Assembly (NCBI GenBank): GCA_030390025.1
Contig: CM059430.1
Location: forward strand, 75,454,001 to 75,518,000
DNA length: 64,000 nucleotides
Origin: Squalus acanthias
Lineage: Eukaryota
Direction of reading: 5' to 3'
Below the pieces are notes generated by a model. The model was not told where the DNA came from. It saw only the letters and a list, made by a program, of their open reading frames with translations, and made no database searches. The position numbers were made by a program, and so were the translations under genes. Position 1 is the first letter of the stretch, and each line of letters starts with the position of its first letter. Shown here one piece after another: positions 1 to 12,426 of the stretch.

Positions 1-2080
1 TCCTAGTGTGGCATAAGAATAAAACAAAAAGGGTGACTCAACCGTGACTAACAAGGGAAATTAGGGATAGCATAAGATCCAAGGAGATAGCATTTAAATT
101 GGCCAGAAAAAGCGGCAACCCTGGGGATTGGGAGCAGTTTAGGATTCAACAAAGAAGGACAAAGTGATTAATTAAGAAGGGGAAAATAGAATATGAAAGT
201 AAGCTTGTAGAGAACATAAAAATTGACTGTAAGAGCATTTATAGATATGTGAAGAGAAAAGGATTAGTGAAATCAAGTGTAGGTCCCTTGCAGTCTGAAG
301 CGGTGTAAGTTATAATGGGGAACAAAGAAATGGCAAATCAATTAAATGCATATTTTGGTTTTGTCTTCACAAAGGAGGACACAAATAACCTCCCAGAGAT
401 GTTGGAGAACATAGGGTCTGATGAAAGGGAGGAACTGAAAGAAATCAGTATTTTGCAGGGAAATGGTGTTAGGGAAATTGACGGGATTGAAGGCCGATAA
501 ATCCCCAGTGCCGGAGAATCTACATCCTAGGGTACTTAAGGAAGTGGCCCTAGAAATAGTAGATGCACTGCTGATCATCTTCCAGCATTGGATGGAATCG
601 GGAACTGTACCCATGGATTGGAGGGTAGCTAATATTACCCCACTATTCAAACAGGGTGGTAGAGAGAAAGCGGGGATTACAGACCGGTAGGCCTGACATC
701 GGTAGTGGGGAAAATGATAGTGTCCATGATAAAGTATGTAATAGCTGAGCACTTGAAAAACAGTGACAGGATCGGACAAAGTCAACATGGATTTACAAAA
801 GCTAAATCGTGCTTGACTAATCTAATGGAATTTTTTGAGGATGTAACTGGGGAAATAGATAAGCGAGAGCCAGTAGATGTGGTGTATTTGGACTTTCAAA
901 AGGCTTTCGATAAGGTCCCGCATAAGAGATTAGCGTGTAAAGTTAAGGCACATGGGATTGAAACAAGGTATTGACTTGGATATAGAACTGGTTGGCGGAC
1001 GGAAAGCAGAGAGTAGGAATTAATGGGTCCTTTTCCGAGTGGCAGGCAGTAACTGGTGGGGTACCGTAGGGTTCAGTCCTTGGACCCCAGCTATTCCCAA
1101 TATACATTAATGATCTGGATAAGGGAACTAAATGTAATATGTCCAGGTTTGCAGATGACACAAAGCTGGGTGGGCGTGTGTGCTCCGAGGAGAATACTGA
1201 AAAACTCCAGGATGATTTAGACAGGTTGGGTGAGTTGGCAGAAGCGTGGCAGATGCAATATAACGTGGATAAATGCTAGGTTATCCACTTTGGTGTCAAA
1301 AACAGAAAGGCGAACTAGTATTTGAATGGCAATAGAGTGGGTGAAGGGGAAGTGCAACGAGACCTGGGTGTCCTTGTGCACCAGTCGCTGAAGGTAAGCA
1401 TGCAGGTGCAGCAGGCGGTGAAGAAGGCAAATGCTATGTTGGACTTCATAACGAAAGGGTTTGAGTATAGGAACAGGGCTGTCCTGCTGCAGTTGTACAG
1501 GGCCTTGGTGAAACCACACCTTGAGTACTGTGTGCAGTTTTGGTCGCCTTATCTGAGGAAGGATCTTCTTACCATGGAAGGAGTTCAGCGAAGATTCACA
1601 AGGCTGATACCTGGGATGGCTGGAATGACATATGAGCAGAAATTGTGTCGATTGGGCTTATACTCGCTGGAGTATAGAAGAGTGAGAGGAGATCTCATGG
1701 AAACATATAAAATTCTGACAGGTCTGGACAAACTAGATGCAGGAAGAATGTTCCCGATGGTCGGAGCATCCAGAACCAGGGGTCATACTCTAAGGATAAG
1801 GGGTAATACATTTAGGACAGAAATGAGGAAGAATTTCTTCACCCAGAGAGTGGTGAACCTGTGGAATTCTCTGCCACAGAAGGTAGTTGAGGCCAAGTCA
1901 TTAAATATATTCAAGAATGAGTTAGATATATTTCTTAAAGCTAAAGGTATCAAGGGATATGGGGAGAAGGTAGGTATAGGGTACTGAGTTTGGATGATCA
2001 GCCATGATCTCATCGAATGGCGGAGAAGGCTCGAGGGGCCGAATGGCCTACTCCTGCTCCTAACTTATATGCTTCTATGC
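1..2080 (+). mobile_element. CR1-type LINE, 3' part of ORF2 (RT) plus 3' UTR, degenerate, cut by window edge
   Basis: Fragments with QHGF..KSCLTNL, VYLDFQKAFDKVPH, RFADDTKL, PHLEYCVQFWSP; stops and frameshifts; 3' tail gggccgaatggcctactcctgctcct. Confidence 0.95.
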
Positions 2081-2749
2081 TTAATCAGAGTGCATCATAT
2101 TCCCGTCCTGCGGTTTGAGTTGGAATGTGTTTATAGCTTCCGTCACAAATTTCTATTCAAGTTTATATCTTCAAAAATGTATATGATTAATTCTCTTCAA
2201 GGGCATATATAACATTGAATGATGATCTTGTCAAGTATTTATCGGAAAACATCAACAATTCTGCCATATTAGACAAATGTATTGATTATCTTAGTGCGAT
2301 TTTTTGCTGAGCTCAGCGAGGCTTGTCGGCTATTTCAGTGAACTGAAGCTGGTGATGTATCTTCGTTGTAACCACAGATATGAGTTCAACGAAACACATT
2401 CGAATTATAATAATTATAACAATTCGCCAACAATTGGACCTTATCTTTGAGAAGCAAAATGTATTTTTTGCTTTCAGCGATAGTGTAAGCCGCCGGTTTA
2501 GATGGGCAGCCCATTGTACACCCCGCCCGATTTTCTATCCCATTTAAGTAACTGGAAAGGAAAATCGGGCCGGGTGTGTAATGACTGACTCATCCGAAAT
2601 CGCCTGCTTTACATTATCGGTGCAAGTTAAAATTACCAGGTCTCGAGTTTCAGTAATTTCTCAGATGTTTAAGAAGACGCATTCCAGCACATAAATTAGC
2701 TAATAATTATTTGGGTATAATATTATCTAAACACTGCATACGTGTAAAC

Positions 2750-3188
2750 GGGGTACAGTAGCATTGTGGTTACATTACTGCACTAGTAATTCCGTAAGAC
2801 TTGACTAATAATCAGGAGACGTGAGTTCAAATCCCACCACGGCAGCTGGGGAAATTTTAATTCAGTTAATATTTCAGTTAATTAAAATTCTCTAGTGTTA
2901 GTAATGTAGACCATGAAACTACCTGATTGTTGTAAAAACCATTTGATTTACTAATGTCCTTTAAAGAAGCAAATATGCCTCGTTACCCAGTCCAGACCCA
3001 CAGCAATGTGGTTGACTTTTAACTACCCTCTAAATTGCCTAGCAAGCCAACAAGTTAGGCCAAACCGAATACAAGGACTGCAGCGATTCAAGAAGGCGTC
3101 TCAACACCACCTTCACAAGGACAATTAGAGATGGGCAATAAATACTGGCTTTGCCAGTGACGCTCCCATCCCATGCATGAAAAAAAAT
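2750..3188 (+). mobile_element. tRNA-derived SINE with 3' tail shared with the LINE family at 31750-32517
   Basis: B-box-like gagttcaaatccc at ~2823; tail ggcaataaatactggc...gccagtgacgctcccatcccatgcatgaaaaa matches 32462-32517. Confidence 0.75.
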
Positions 3189-3777
3189 TGGCATGCCAAT
3201 AATATTAAAAACTATCTCACTGAGTATTATGAACAGCTGCCTGCCTTAAATAAATATGGAGTATACATTCGTCCTGAGCAGTAGATCGAAAGGTCACCAA
3301 CAGCCCGTTTTGCAATCCTCATGGAGTTATTTTTCAAACAATGGGTATCTCCAACCAAGCTTGGCGCTCAGGGTCTGAGGACACTGATTTCCAAATTGCA
3401 AAGGGCTTCCCACCTTAAAGAGGCTGGTACGTTGGGCGCCCAGCGATAGCTCTCCTTCAAAATGGCTCTAGTGCTATTGTCAGGGTTAAGCAACTGATAA
3501 AGCTTGCAAATCATTGACGCCAAACGAAATAATTTACGATCAATCCCATTGAGGAGAATATCAAGCAGGATGCAAAACGGGTTACTGATTTGCTGTTACC
3601 GGTTTTGCGCAGCCGCCAAGAACAATGTTCCGCCCAATGGCGTAATTTTATATTTTTGCGATAGTGTAAAACCAGCGCTATGGGACAGGCTGCCCATTTT
3701 ACACCTCTCCTAATGTTCTTTTCCACTGAAGTCCGTTTTACAACTAAGAGCTTTGCACATTGTATATTTCAAAAATC

Positions 3778-4085
3778 CAGAGGCCAGTGTCACGAGCGGA
3801 GAGAGCAGCAGCACAGTGAGTAGTTAAACTCACTTTCGCGGGCTTTTTTGCAGACGCCAGTGTCGGGAGCGGAGAGAGCAGCAGCACAGTAAGTAGTTAA
3901 ACTAACTTTCGGGGGCTTCTTTGCAGACGCCAGTGCCGGGAGCGGATAGAGCAACAGCACAGTGAGATATTAAACACACTTTCGTGGGCTTTTTTGCAGA
4001 GGCCAGTGTCGGGAGCGGAGAGAGCAGCAGCACAGTGAGTAGTTAAACTCACTTTCGTGGGCTTTTTACAGAGGCCAGTGTCGGG
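3778..4085 (+). repeat. 73-bp tandem repeat (4 units plus partial) forming the 5' UTR of the CR1 LINE
   Basis: gccagtg recurs at 3783, 3856, 3929, 4002, 4074; units contain agtgagt-agttaa-actcact. Confidence 0.92.
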
Positions 4086-4173
4086 TAAGGGCCCTTGAGT
4101 ATATCATTTAATTGAAGTGAAATTGATGGGATTCATTTAACTTAATTTTAATTAATTAATTAAAGGGTAAGCC

Positions 4174-5099
4174 ATGGCAGGAGAGCTCCGCCCCGTGATA
4201 TGCTCCTCCTGCAAAATGTGGGAAATCAGGGAAGGTTCCTTTGTCCCTGACGACCATGTGTGTGGGAAGTGTATCCAGCTGCAGCTACTGATAGACCGAA
4301 TTGTGGTACTGGAGCTGCGGATGGTTGCATATTGGAGCATTCACGATGCTGAGAATTTCGTGGATAGCACGTTTAGCGAGTTGGTCAGACCGCAGGTAAA
4401 GGATGTGAAGGCAGAAAGTGAATGGGTGACCAACAGGCAGAGTAAGAGGTGCAGGCAGGTAGTGCACGGATCCCCTGTGGCCATACCCCTCTAAAACAGA
4501 TATACCTCTTGGATACTGTTGGGGGGGATGACTTATCAGGGGAAGGCAGCAGCAGCCAACTTTATGGCAGCATGGGTGGCTCTGCTGCACAGGCTGGGAG
4601 AAAAAAGTGTGGAAGAGCTATAGTGATAGGGGACTCAATTGTAAGGGGAATAGATAGGCGTTTCTGCGGCCGCAAACGAGACTCTAGGATGGTGTGTTGC
4701 CTACCTGGTGCAAGGGTCAAGGACGTCTCGGAGTGGCTGCAGCACATTTTGGAGGGGGAAGGCGAACAGCCAGTTTTCGTGGTGCGCGATATTGTTAAAA
4801 AACGGGACGAGGTCCTAAAAGCAGAATATAGGGAGTTAGGAGGTAAATTAAAAAATAGGGCCTCAAACGTAGTAATCTCAGGATTGCTACCATTGCCACG
4901 TGCTAGTCAGAGTAGAAATAGGAGGATATTTCAAATGAATACGTGGCAAGAGGAATGGTGCAAGGGGGGGGGATTCAAATTCCTTGGACATTGGAACCGG
5001 TTCTGGGGGAGGTGGGAGCAGTGCAAACGGAACGTTCTGCACCTGGGCAGGGCCGAGACTGATTTCCTAGGGGGAGTGTTTGCTAGTGCTGTTGGGTAG
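4174..5099 (+). pseudogene. CR1 ORF1 (zinc finger plus SGNH esterase-like), frameshifted near 4494
   Basis: ORFs 4174-4494 and 4449-5099 with CxxC..CxxC and VIGDSIVRG/CLPGARVKDV. Confidence 0.85.
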
Positions 5100-5259
5100 G
5101 GTTTAAACTAAAGTGGCAGGGCATTGGGAACCTGAGCAGGGAGACAGAGGAAAGGGAAACAAGGATAAAAGCAAAAGACAGGAAGGTGAAAAACAAAAGT
5201 AGAAGGCAAAGAACTCAACGGTTTAAATCAAACATGGTCACAGTAAATAATAATTCATA

Positions 5260-8081
5260 AATGTCTGAAAGTGTTAAAAAAACAAGCCTGAAGGCGTTGT
5301 GTCTTAATGGAAGGAGCATTCGGAACAAGGTGGATGAATTAGCTGCACAAATAGAGGTAAAATAATACGATTTGATTGGTTTTACAGAAACATGGCTCCA
5401 GGGTGGCCAAGGCTGGGAACTCAACAACCAGGGGTATTCAATATTTAGGAAAGATAGGCAAAAAAGAAATTGAGGTAGGGTAGAATTGCTGGTTAAAGAG
5501 GGGATTAAAAGAATTGAAAGGAAGGATATTAGCTCTGATAATCCGGAATCTGTTTGGGTAGAACTGAGAAATAACAAGGGGCAGAAAACGTTAGTGGGAG
5601 TGTTATTTAAAACTCCAAACAGTAATACGGAGGTTGGAGACGGCATTAGAAGGGAAATTAGAGAAGCATGCAGTAAGGGCACAGCAGTCATCATGGGTGA
5701 CTTTAATTTGCATATCGATTGGGCTACACAAATTAGTAAAGATACTGTGGAGGAGGAATTCTGAGAATGTTTATGGGATGGTTTTCTGGAACAATATGTC
5801 GAGGAACCAACCAGAGATCAGGCCATCTTAGACTGGGTATTATGTAACGAGAAAGGATTAATTAGCAATCTTGTTGTACGAGGACCCTTGGGTCAGAGTG
5901 ATCATAATATGATAAAATTCTTCATTAGGATGGAGAGTGAAGTATTTGAATCAGTGACTACGGCCCTGAATTTAAATAAAGGAAACTATGATGGTATGAG
6001 GCGCGTATTGGGCAGGATTAATTGGGGAATGTCACACAAAGGGTTGACGGTGGATAGGCAATGGCAAACATTCAAAGTCTGCATGGATGAACTACAGAAT
6101 TTGTTCATCCCAGTGTGGCATAAGAAGAAAACAAAAATGGTGACTCAACCGTGGCTAACAAGGGAAATTAGGGAAAGCATAAGATCCAAGGAGAGGGCAT
6201 ATAAATTGTCTGGAAAAAGCGGTAACCCTGAGGATTGGGAGCAGTTTAGGATTCAACAAATGAGGACAAAGGGATTAATTAAGAAGGGGAAAATAGAAAA
6301 TGAAAGTAAGCTTTCAGGGAACATAAAAACTGACTTTAACAGCTTTTATACATATGTGAAGAGAAAAAGATTAGTGAAATCAAGTGTAGGTCCCTTGCAG
6401 TCAGAAGCAGGGGAAGTTATAATGGGGAACAAAGAAATGGCACACCAATTAAATGCATATTTTGGTTCTGTCTTCACAAAGGAGGACACAAATAACCTCA
6501 CAGAGATGTTGGAGAACATAGGATCTGATGAAAGGGAGGAACTGAAAGAAATCAGTATTTGCAGGGAAATGGTGTTCAGAAAATTGACGGGATTGAAGGC
6601 CGATAAATCCCAAGGGCCTGATAATCTACATCCTAGGGTACTTAAGGAAGTGGCACTAGAAATAGTAGATGCATTGCTGATCATCTTCCAACATTCGATG
6701 GAATCTGGAACTGTACCCATGGATTGGAGGGTAGCTAATGTTATCCCACTATTCAAAAAGGGTGGTCGAGAGAAAGTTGGGAATTACAGTCCGGTAAGCT
6801 TGACATCGGTATTAGGGAAAATTCTAGTTTCCATTATAAAGGATGTAATAGTTGAGCACTTGAAAAACAGTGACAGGATCGGACAAAATCAACATGGATT
6901 TACAAAACGTAAATTGTGCTTGACTAATCTAATGGAATTTTTTGAGGATGTAACTGGGAAAATAGATAATGGAGAACCAGTAGATGTGGTGTATTTGGTC
7001 TTTCAAAAGGCTTTCGATAAGGTCCCGCATAAGAGATTAGCGTTTAAAGTTAAGACACATGGGATTGGGGGCACGGTATTGACTTGGATAGAGAACTGGT
7101 TGGCGGACAGAAAGCAGAGAGTAGGAATTAATGGGTCTTTTTCCGAGTGGCAGGCAGTGAATAGTGCGGTACCATAGGGTTCGGTCCTTGGACCCCAGCT
7201 ATTCACAATATACATTAATGATCTAGATAAGGGAACTAAATTCGATATCTCCAAGTTTGCAGATGACACAATGCTTTTGGGCGTGTGTGCTGCGAGGAGT
7301 ATACTGAGAAACTTCAGGAGGATTTGGACAGGTTGGGTGAGTGGGGAGAATCGTGGCAGATGCAATATAACGTGGATACATGCGAGGTTATCAACTTTGG
7401 TGTCAAAAACAGAAAGGCAGACTAGTATCTGAATGGCAATAGATTGGGAGAAGGGAAAGTGCAACGAGACCTGAGTTTCCTTGTGCACCAGTCGCTGAAG
7501 GTAAGCATGCGGTGAAGAAGGTAAATGGTATGTTCGCCTTCATAGCGAAATAGTTTGAGTGTAGGAACAGGGATGTCCTGCTGCAGTTGTAATGGGCCTT
7601 GGTGAGACCACACCTTGAGTACTGTGTGCAGTTTTGGTCGCCTTATCAGAGAAAGGATGTTCTTGCCATGGAAGGAGTTCAGCGAAGTTTCACAAGGCTG
7701 ATACCTGGGATGGCAGGAATGACATATGAGGAGAGATTGGGTCGATTGGGCATATGCTCGCTGGAGTATAGAAGAATGAGAGGGGATCTCATCGAAACAT
7801 ATAGAATTCTGACAGGTCTGGAGAAACTAGATGCAGGAAGAATGTTCCCGATGGTCGGAGAGTCCAGAACCAGAGATCATAATCTAAGGATAAGGGATAA
7901 GCCATTTAGGACAGAAATGAGGAAGGATATCTTCACCCAGAGAGTGGGGAACCTGTGGAATTCTCTACCGCAGAAGGTAGTTGAGGCCAAATCATTAAAT
8001 ATATTCAAGAATGAGTTAGATACAGTTCTTAAAGCTAAAGGTATCAAGGGATATGGGGAGAAGGCAGGTACAGGGTACTGA
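5260..8081 (+). pseudogene. CR1 ORF2 (APE endonuclease-reverse transcriptase), disrupted
   Basis: ORFs 5486-5764, 5888-7177 and 7599-8081 carry successive APE/RT motifs separated by stops and frameshifts. Confidence 0.9.
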
Positions 8082-8709
8082 GTTTGGATGATCAGCCATG
8101 ATCTCATATATGAATGGCGGAGCAGGCTCGAGGAGCCGAATGGCCTACTCCTGCTCCTATCTTCTATGTTTCTATGTGAAAGATACGCTGGCTAATTACT
8201 ATTCCTAATCATATTTGAAATAATATTTCATTGAATGTAATTTGAGTGATTAGAAAACTTATGTTTTTCTTACCTTGGTGTCGCCTCTCTTGAAAAAAGA
8301 AGACTGAGAGGGATGTAATAAATTTAGGAAAGGTTTGGAAATATTGGAACCAAGTAAGAGTTTCTGTCTTGTACAGAGCTAAACCAAATTTACAACTTAA
8401 GTACAACAAAAAAAAAAAAAATTACAAGCGTAACTTTTTTTTATTAAAAGCTAGTAATTATGTGTATTATTGGTATGGATAATGCAACAAGCAAAATAAC
8501 GTCTTTGGTTAGATGGACTGAAGGTCTTCTCTTGCCTCAAACTGTTACTAAAACAGAATGTGGAAATTTTTCTCAGTACACTAGTTGTTATGACATCTTA
8601 AAAGCAATTATAATGGATGGAATTAAGATATTCTAGCACAAAGAGCAGAGAGGAAATCTTCGTCAATATTTTTTTAATGTATTCTTTCGCAGAATGCCTT
8701 TTTATAATC

Positions 8710-10190
8710 GCAGGTTGCCAAGGGAATTGGGGGAGAAGATACCATAACGGCTTCCCATAATTTTCCAATCTTCCCTAGATGCGGGGGAGGTGCCTGAGGA
8801 TTAAAAAGTGGAAAATATGACACCATTGTTCAAGAAAGGGTGTAAAAACAATCCAATAACTACAGGCCGGTCAGTTTAACATCAGTGGTTTTAGAAACAA
8901 TAATCAAGGAAAAATTAACGGGAACTTGGAGAGGTTTAAGCTAATTAAGGAGAGCCAACACGGATTTGTAAAAGGCAGATCGTGTTTGACTAATCTAATT
9001 GATTTTTTTGATGAAGTAACAGGGAGCATCGAAAAAGGGAATGCAATGGATGTTGTCTACATGGAATTTAGGAAGGCGTTTGACAAAGTACCACATCGAA
9101 GGCTGCTTAACAAAATTGAGGTTTATGGAATAGGTGGGTCAGTGGAAGCTTGGATAATGAATTGGCTTAAGGACAGAAAACAGCGAGTTGTGGTAAATTA
9201 CTGTTTTTCATACTGAAGGATGGTCGACATTGGTGTTCCCCATGGGGCCACTGCTTTTTTTGATATAAATGACCTGGATATTAGAACAAAAAGTAGAATT
9301 TCTAAAGTAGCTGATGACACCAAACTGGGGGGGTGGGGTGGCAAAAGGTGAGAATGATACCAATCGGCTGCAACAGTGCATGGAAAGGCTGGCAGAATGG
9401 GCAGGAAAAGTGGCAGATGGAATTTAATACAGAGAAGTGTGAGGTGATTCATTTTGGCAGAAGGATTAGGGAGAGGCAATATACACTGAATGGTACAGTT
9501 TTAAAGAGTGTGCAGGGACAGAGGGACCTGAGAGATATAGTGCATAGGTCCCTGAAGGTGGCGGGACATATTGAGAGAGTGGTTAGCAAAACGTATGTGA
9601 TCGTGGGCTTCATAAATCGAGGTATTGAGTACAAAATTAGAGAAGTTATGTTGAATCTTGATCGAGCGCTGGTTCGGCCACAATTGAAGGATTGCATCCA
9701 GTTCTGCTCATCACACTTTAGGAAGGATGTGAAGGCATTTGAGAGTGTTCAGAGGAGATTTACCAGAATGGTTTCGGAGATGTGGGTTCTTAGCTACAAG
9801 GGCAGGTTGAAGAAGCTGTATTTGTTTTCATTAAGGCAAAGGAGGTTGAGTGGTGATTTGATAGATGTGTACAAGATTATGACGGGTTTGGATAGCCTGG
9901 AGGGGAAAGGCTGTTCCCACTAGTTGATGGTACAAGGACTTGGGACACAGATGTTTTGGGCAAGAGATACATGGGGGATGTGAGGAGAAACTTTTTTATG
10001 CAGCGTGTGGTGAAATCCTGGACCTTGCTGCCGACGGAAGTGGTGCGAGGAGAGACACTCAACGTTGTCAAGGGGAGACTGGATAGGCATTTGCAGGGCT
10101 TCGGGGATAGAACGGGGGAATGGGATTGACTGCATTGTTCTACAGAGAGCCGGCACGGACTCGATGGGCCGAATGGCCTCCTTCTCTGCC
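8710..10190 (+). mobile_element. 5'-truncated CR1 LINE of a second subfamily
   Basis: QHGFVKGRSCLTNL, FRKAFDKVPH, QRRFTRM; tail gatgggccgaatggcctccttct. Confidence 0.88.
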
Positions 10191-10327
10191 TCCTTCTGGG
10201 CATCACTGGAAAGGCCAGAATTTATTGCTCATCAGAAATAGCCCTTTAGAAGGTGGTGGCGAGCCACCTTCTTGAACCGCTGCAGTCCATGTGGTGAAGG
10301 TACTCCCAAACTGCTGCTAAGTAGAGA

Positions 10328-12426
10328 GGGGTAGAAATTCATATATTATTGTAAATCCGTAGCCCCATGAAATTGCAAAAAAATGGCGGCTGCCGCTCTT
10401 TCACCAGCTGGTGGTGGCACCCGTGGCGGCCGCCATTTTCCTCCCTCTCTTTGCGCTGCCGGTAAGAGTTATCACCCTGGGGACAGTGGCAGTTTTGTGA
10501 CGTCAATCGGCGTGCAATGCCAACTTAATGTCACCAATCTGAACTTCGACTCTAGCGCTGAATTCAGTGCTGGGTACTAAGCATGAAAGCTGGCTTACAA
10601 TGGTGAGGCCAGCACATTTTAAAGGGACACACACATCTTTCAGGTAAGTTTGGATTTAAGACTTTGGACTGGGTTATTTTGGTATTATTGAAGTAGTGGC
10701 TTGCTGCAATAGATGTTAGAAGTTTATTTAACGTGTATGGAGTGCTACTGGGCGCTTTAAGGCCTCGGATGGTAAAGGAAGGTCTCTGAGAAGACAGAAG
10801 ATGCTGCAAATACTCAGCAGGTCAGACAACGTCAGTGGAGAGAGAAACAGAGTTCACGTCTAAGGTCGAAATGCTTTCTGACCGTCTGATTATTTCCAGA
10901 ATTTCATGCTGTCATTTCAGATTTACAGCATCTGCTCACCGAGGGAAGAGGAAGACACAGAAGAGGAAGAACCTGAAGAGGAGGAAGCAGAAGGAAGTAT
11001 GCAACCCTGTCGCCCCTTCCTGGTCGTGATATCCAGGATGTAATCGTCAGCCTGCAGTACCAGAGAACCACAGCAACCAATTTCCCTTTCGACATTTTTC
11101 CCACACCTTACCTTTCCTCTGTTACTGACCATCACAGCGTCTGTTTGGCCACAATGATGAAATAAAAGCCTCCACAAAGCAAACCGTCCAATCCAACTTC
11201 ATACATCTACCCATCCAATATGACATCAAGAAATCAGCNNNNNNNNNNNNNNNNNNNNNNNNNNNNNNNNNNNNNNNNNNNNNNNNNNNNNNNNNNNNNN
11301 NNNNNNNNNNNNNNNNNNNNNNNNNNNNNNNNNNNNNNNNNNNNNNNNNNNNNNNNNNNNNNNNNNNNNNNNNNNNNNNNNNNNNNNNNNCTTCTTGGTC
11401 AACCACTGGCTGGGAAGGCTGCATTTCTTTGGTGTGTGAAATGAGGAAGGCACAAGCGTGGAGTTGTGGTGGCGGGCGTTCGGGAAAGCAAGAGGTGCAT
11501 GCATGAAGGAGGATAACAATGAGGATACCAGCATTTGTATCTTATCAGCTGGCCAAGGGATCTGCCATGTCCCTGCCAAGAATGGCCTGCACCGTCTCCT
11601 GCAACTGGTGATGTGAGGTTAGGAATGGGAGATGTGTCTCGTGATTGATACAGATTTTTGGTAGCTATGCATTGGCGTGGGGGTGGGGGGTGTGGGCGAG
11701 TCGCGCAATGAGCAGTGTGTGAGGCTAGTGATGCAGTTCGTAGGAGAATGCTTTTGAAGAGGCATTCACTGACCTTGACCAGTGGTCTGAGGCCATAAGC
11801 TTCTTTTAGCACTCGAGTAAGGTGGTGGAGATGTCAGTGCTAGCAGTGACTGCCCTGGTGATGTATTCCCAAGTCGTTCTTTCAAGAGGGTGTCCTGGCC
11901 CCTGTGGAGTGCTGCGTTCGAGCCTTTGGGTGCCCACTCTCTGGCTTGCTGAACTATTTGTGTTAGTGCTGATGCACTTTTACCATTTTTGGTGTGGCAG
12001 ACAATTCATTTTTAAGAGCTGAATACTGCCATTTGGGAATGATTTTTAAGATATATATGTCATTTTTCTGAATGGCAGCAAGAGCTGAAAATGCAACGTT
12101 TCACTTAATTTTAAATGTAATAGTATTGAATGCATTACCCCTTTAATTTATAGCCCCATTAATTGTCCACAATGCCTTGAAAACGCCACAGCTTCTCTCC
12201 CAGAGGTTGTAAGAAGCGGCAACGCCGACTGTGGATGGGAATTTCGAGTTGGAGGCCTATATTAACGCCAGCAGGAGACCGTAGCACGGTAAGTTAGCTC
12301 TGCAATCCACATCGCCAACCCCCAGAGCCAATTTTTCGACAGTAGCACTGCGGCCATTTTCGGCAGCCATTACCTCGATTTGCATTGATACCGGCATTTC
12401 TGTTGGTGCACGCGAATTTTCCCCCC
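10328..12426. mobile_element. Probable PIF/Harbinger-like deletion derivative inserted in the LINE
   Basis: Imperfect TIRs ggggtagaaattc / gaattttcccccc, 3-bp aga on both flanks; LINE sequence resumes in register at 12427. Confidence 0.55.
11239..11390. other. Assembly gap (152 N)
   Basis: Run of N. Confidence 1.

Larger units (their letters stand above)
3778..8177 (+). mobile_element. Near full-length CR1 LINE (5' repeats, ORF1, ORF2 APE+RT, 3' UTR), inactivated
   Basis: ORF1 zinc-finger-like CSSC..CGKC and SGNH GDSIVRG; ORF2 endonuclease ETWL, MGDFN, SDH, and RT KAFDKVPH, KFADDT; ends in (ttctatgt)2. Confidence 0.95.

Noticed and set aside
3778-4085. CRISPR-like array
   Set aside because: Eukaryotic context; contiguous near-identical units without unique spacers
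1-8177. Assembly duplication of the two CR1 copies
   Set aside because: The copies differ by many substitutions and indels and have different 3' flanks; independent insertions
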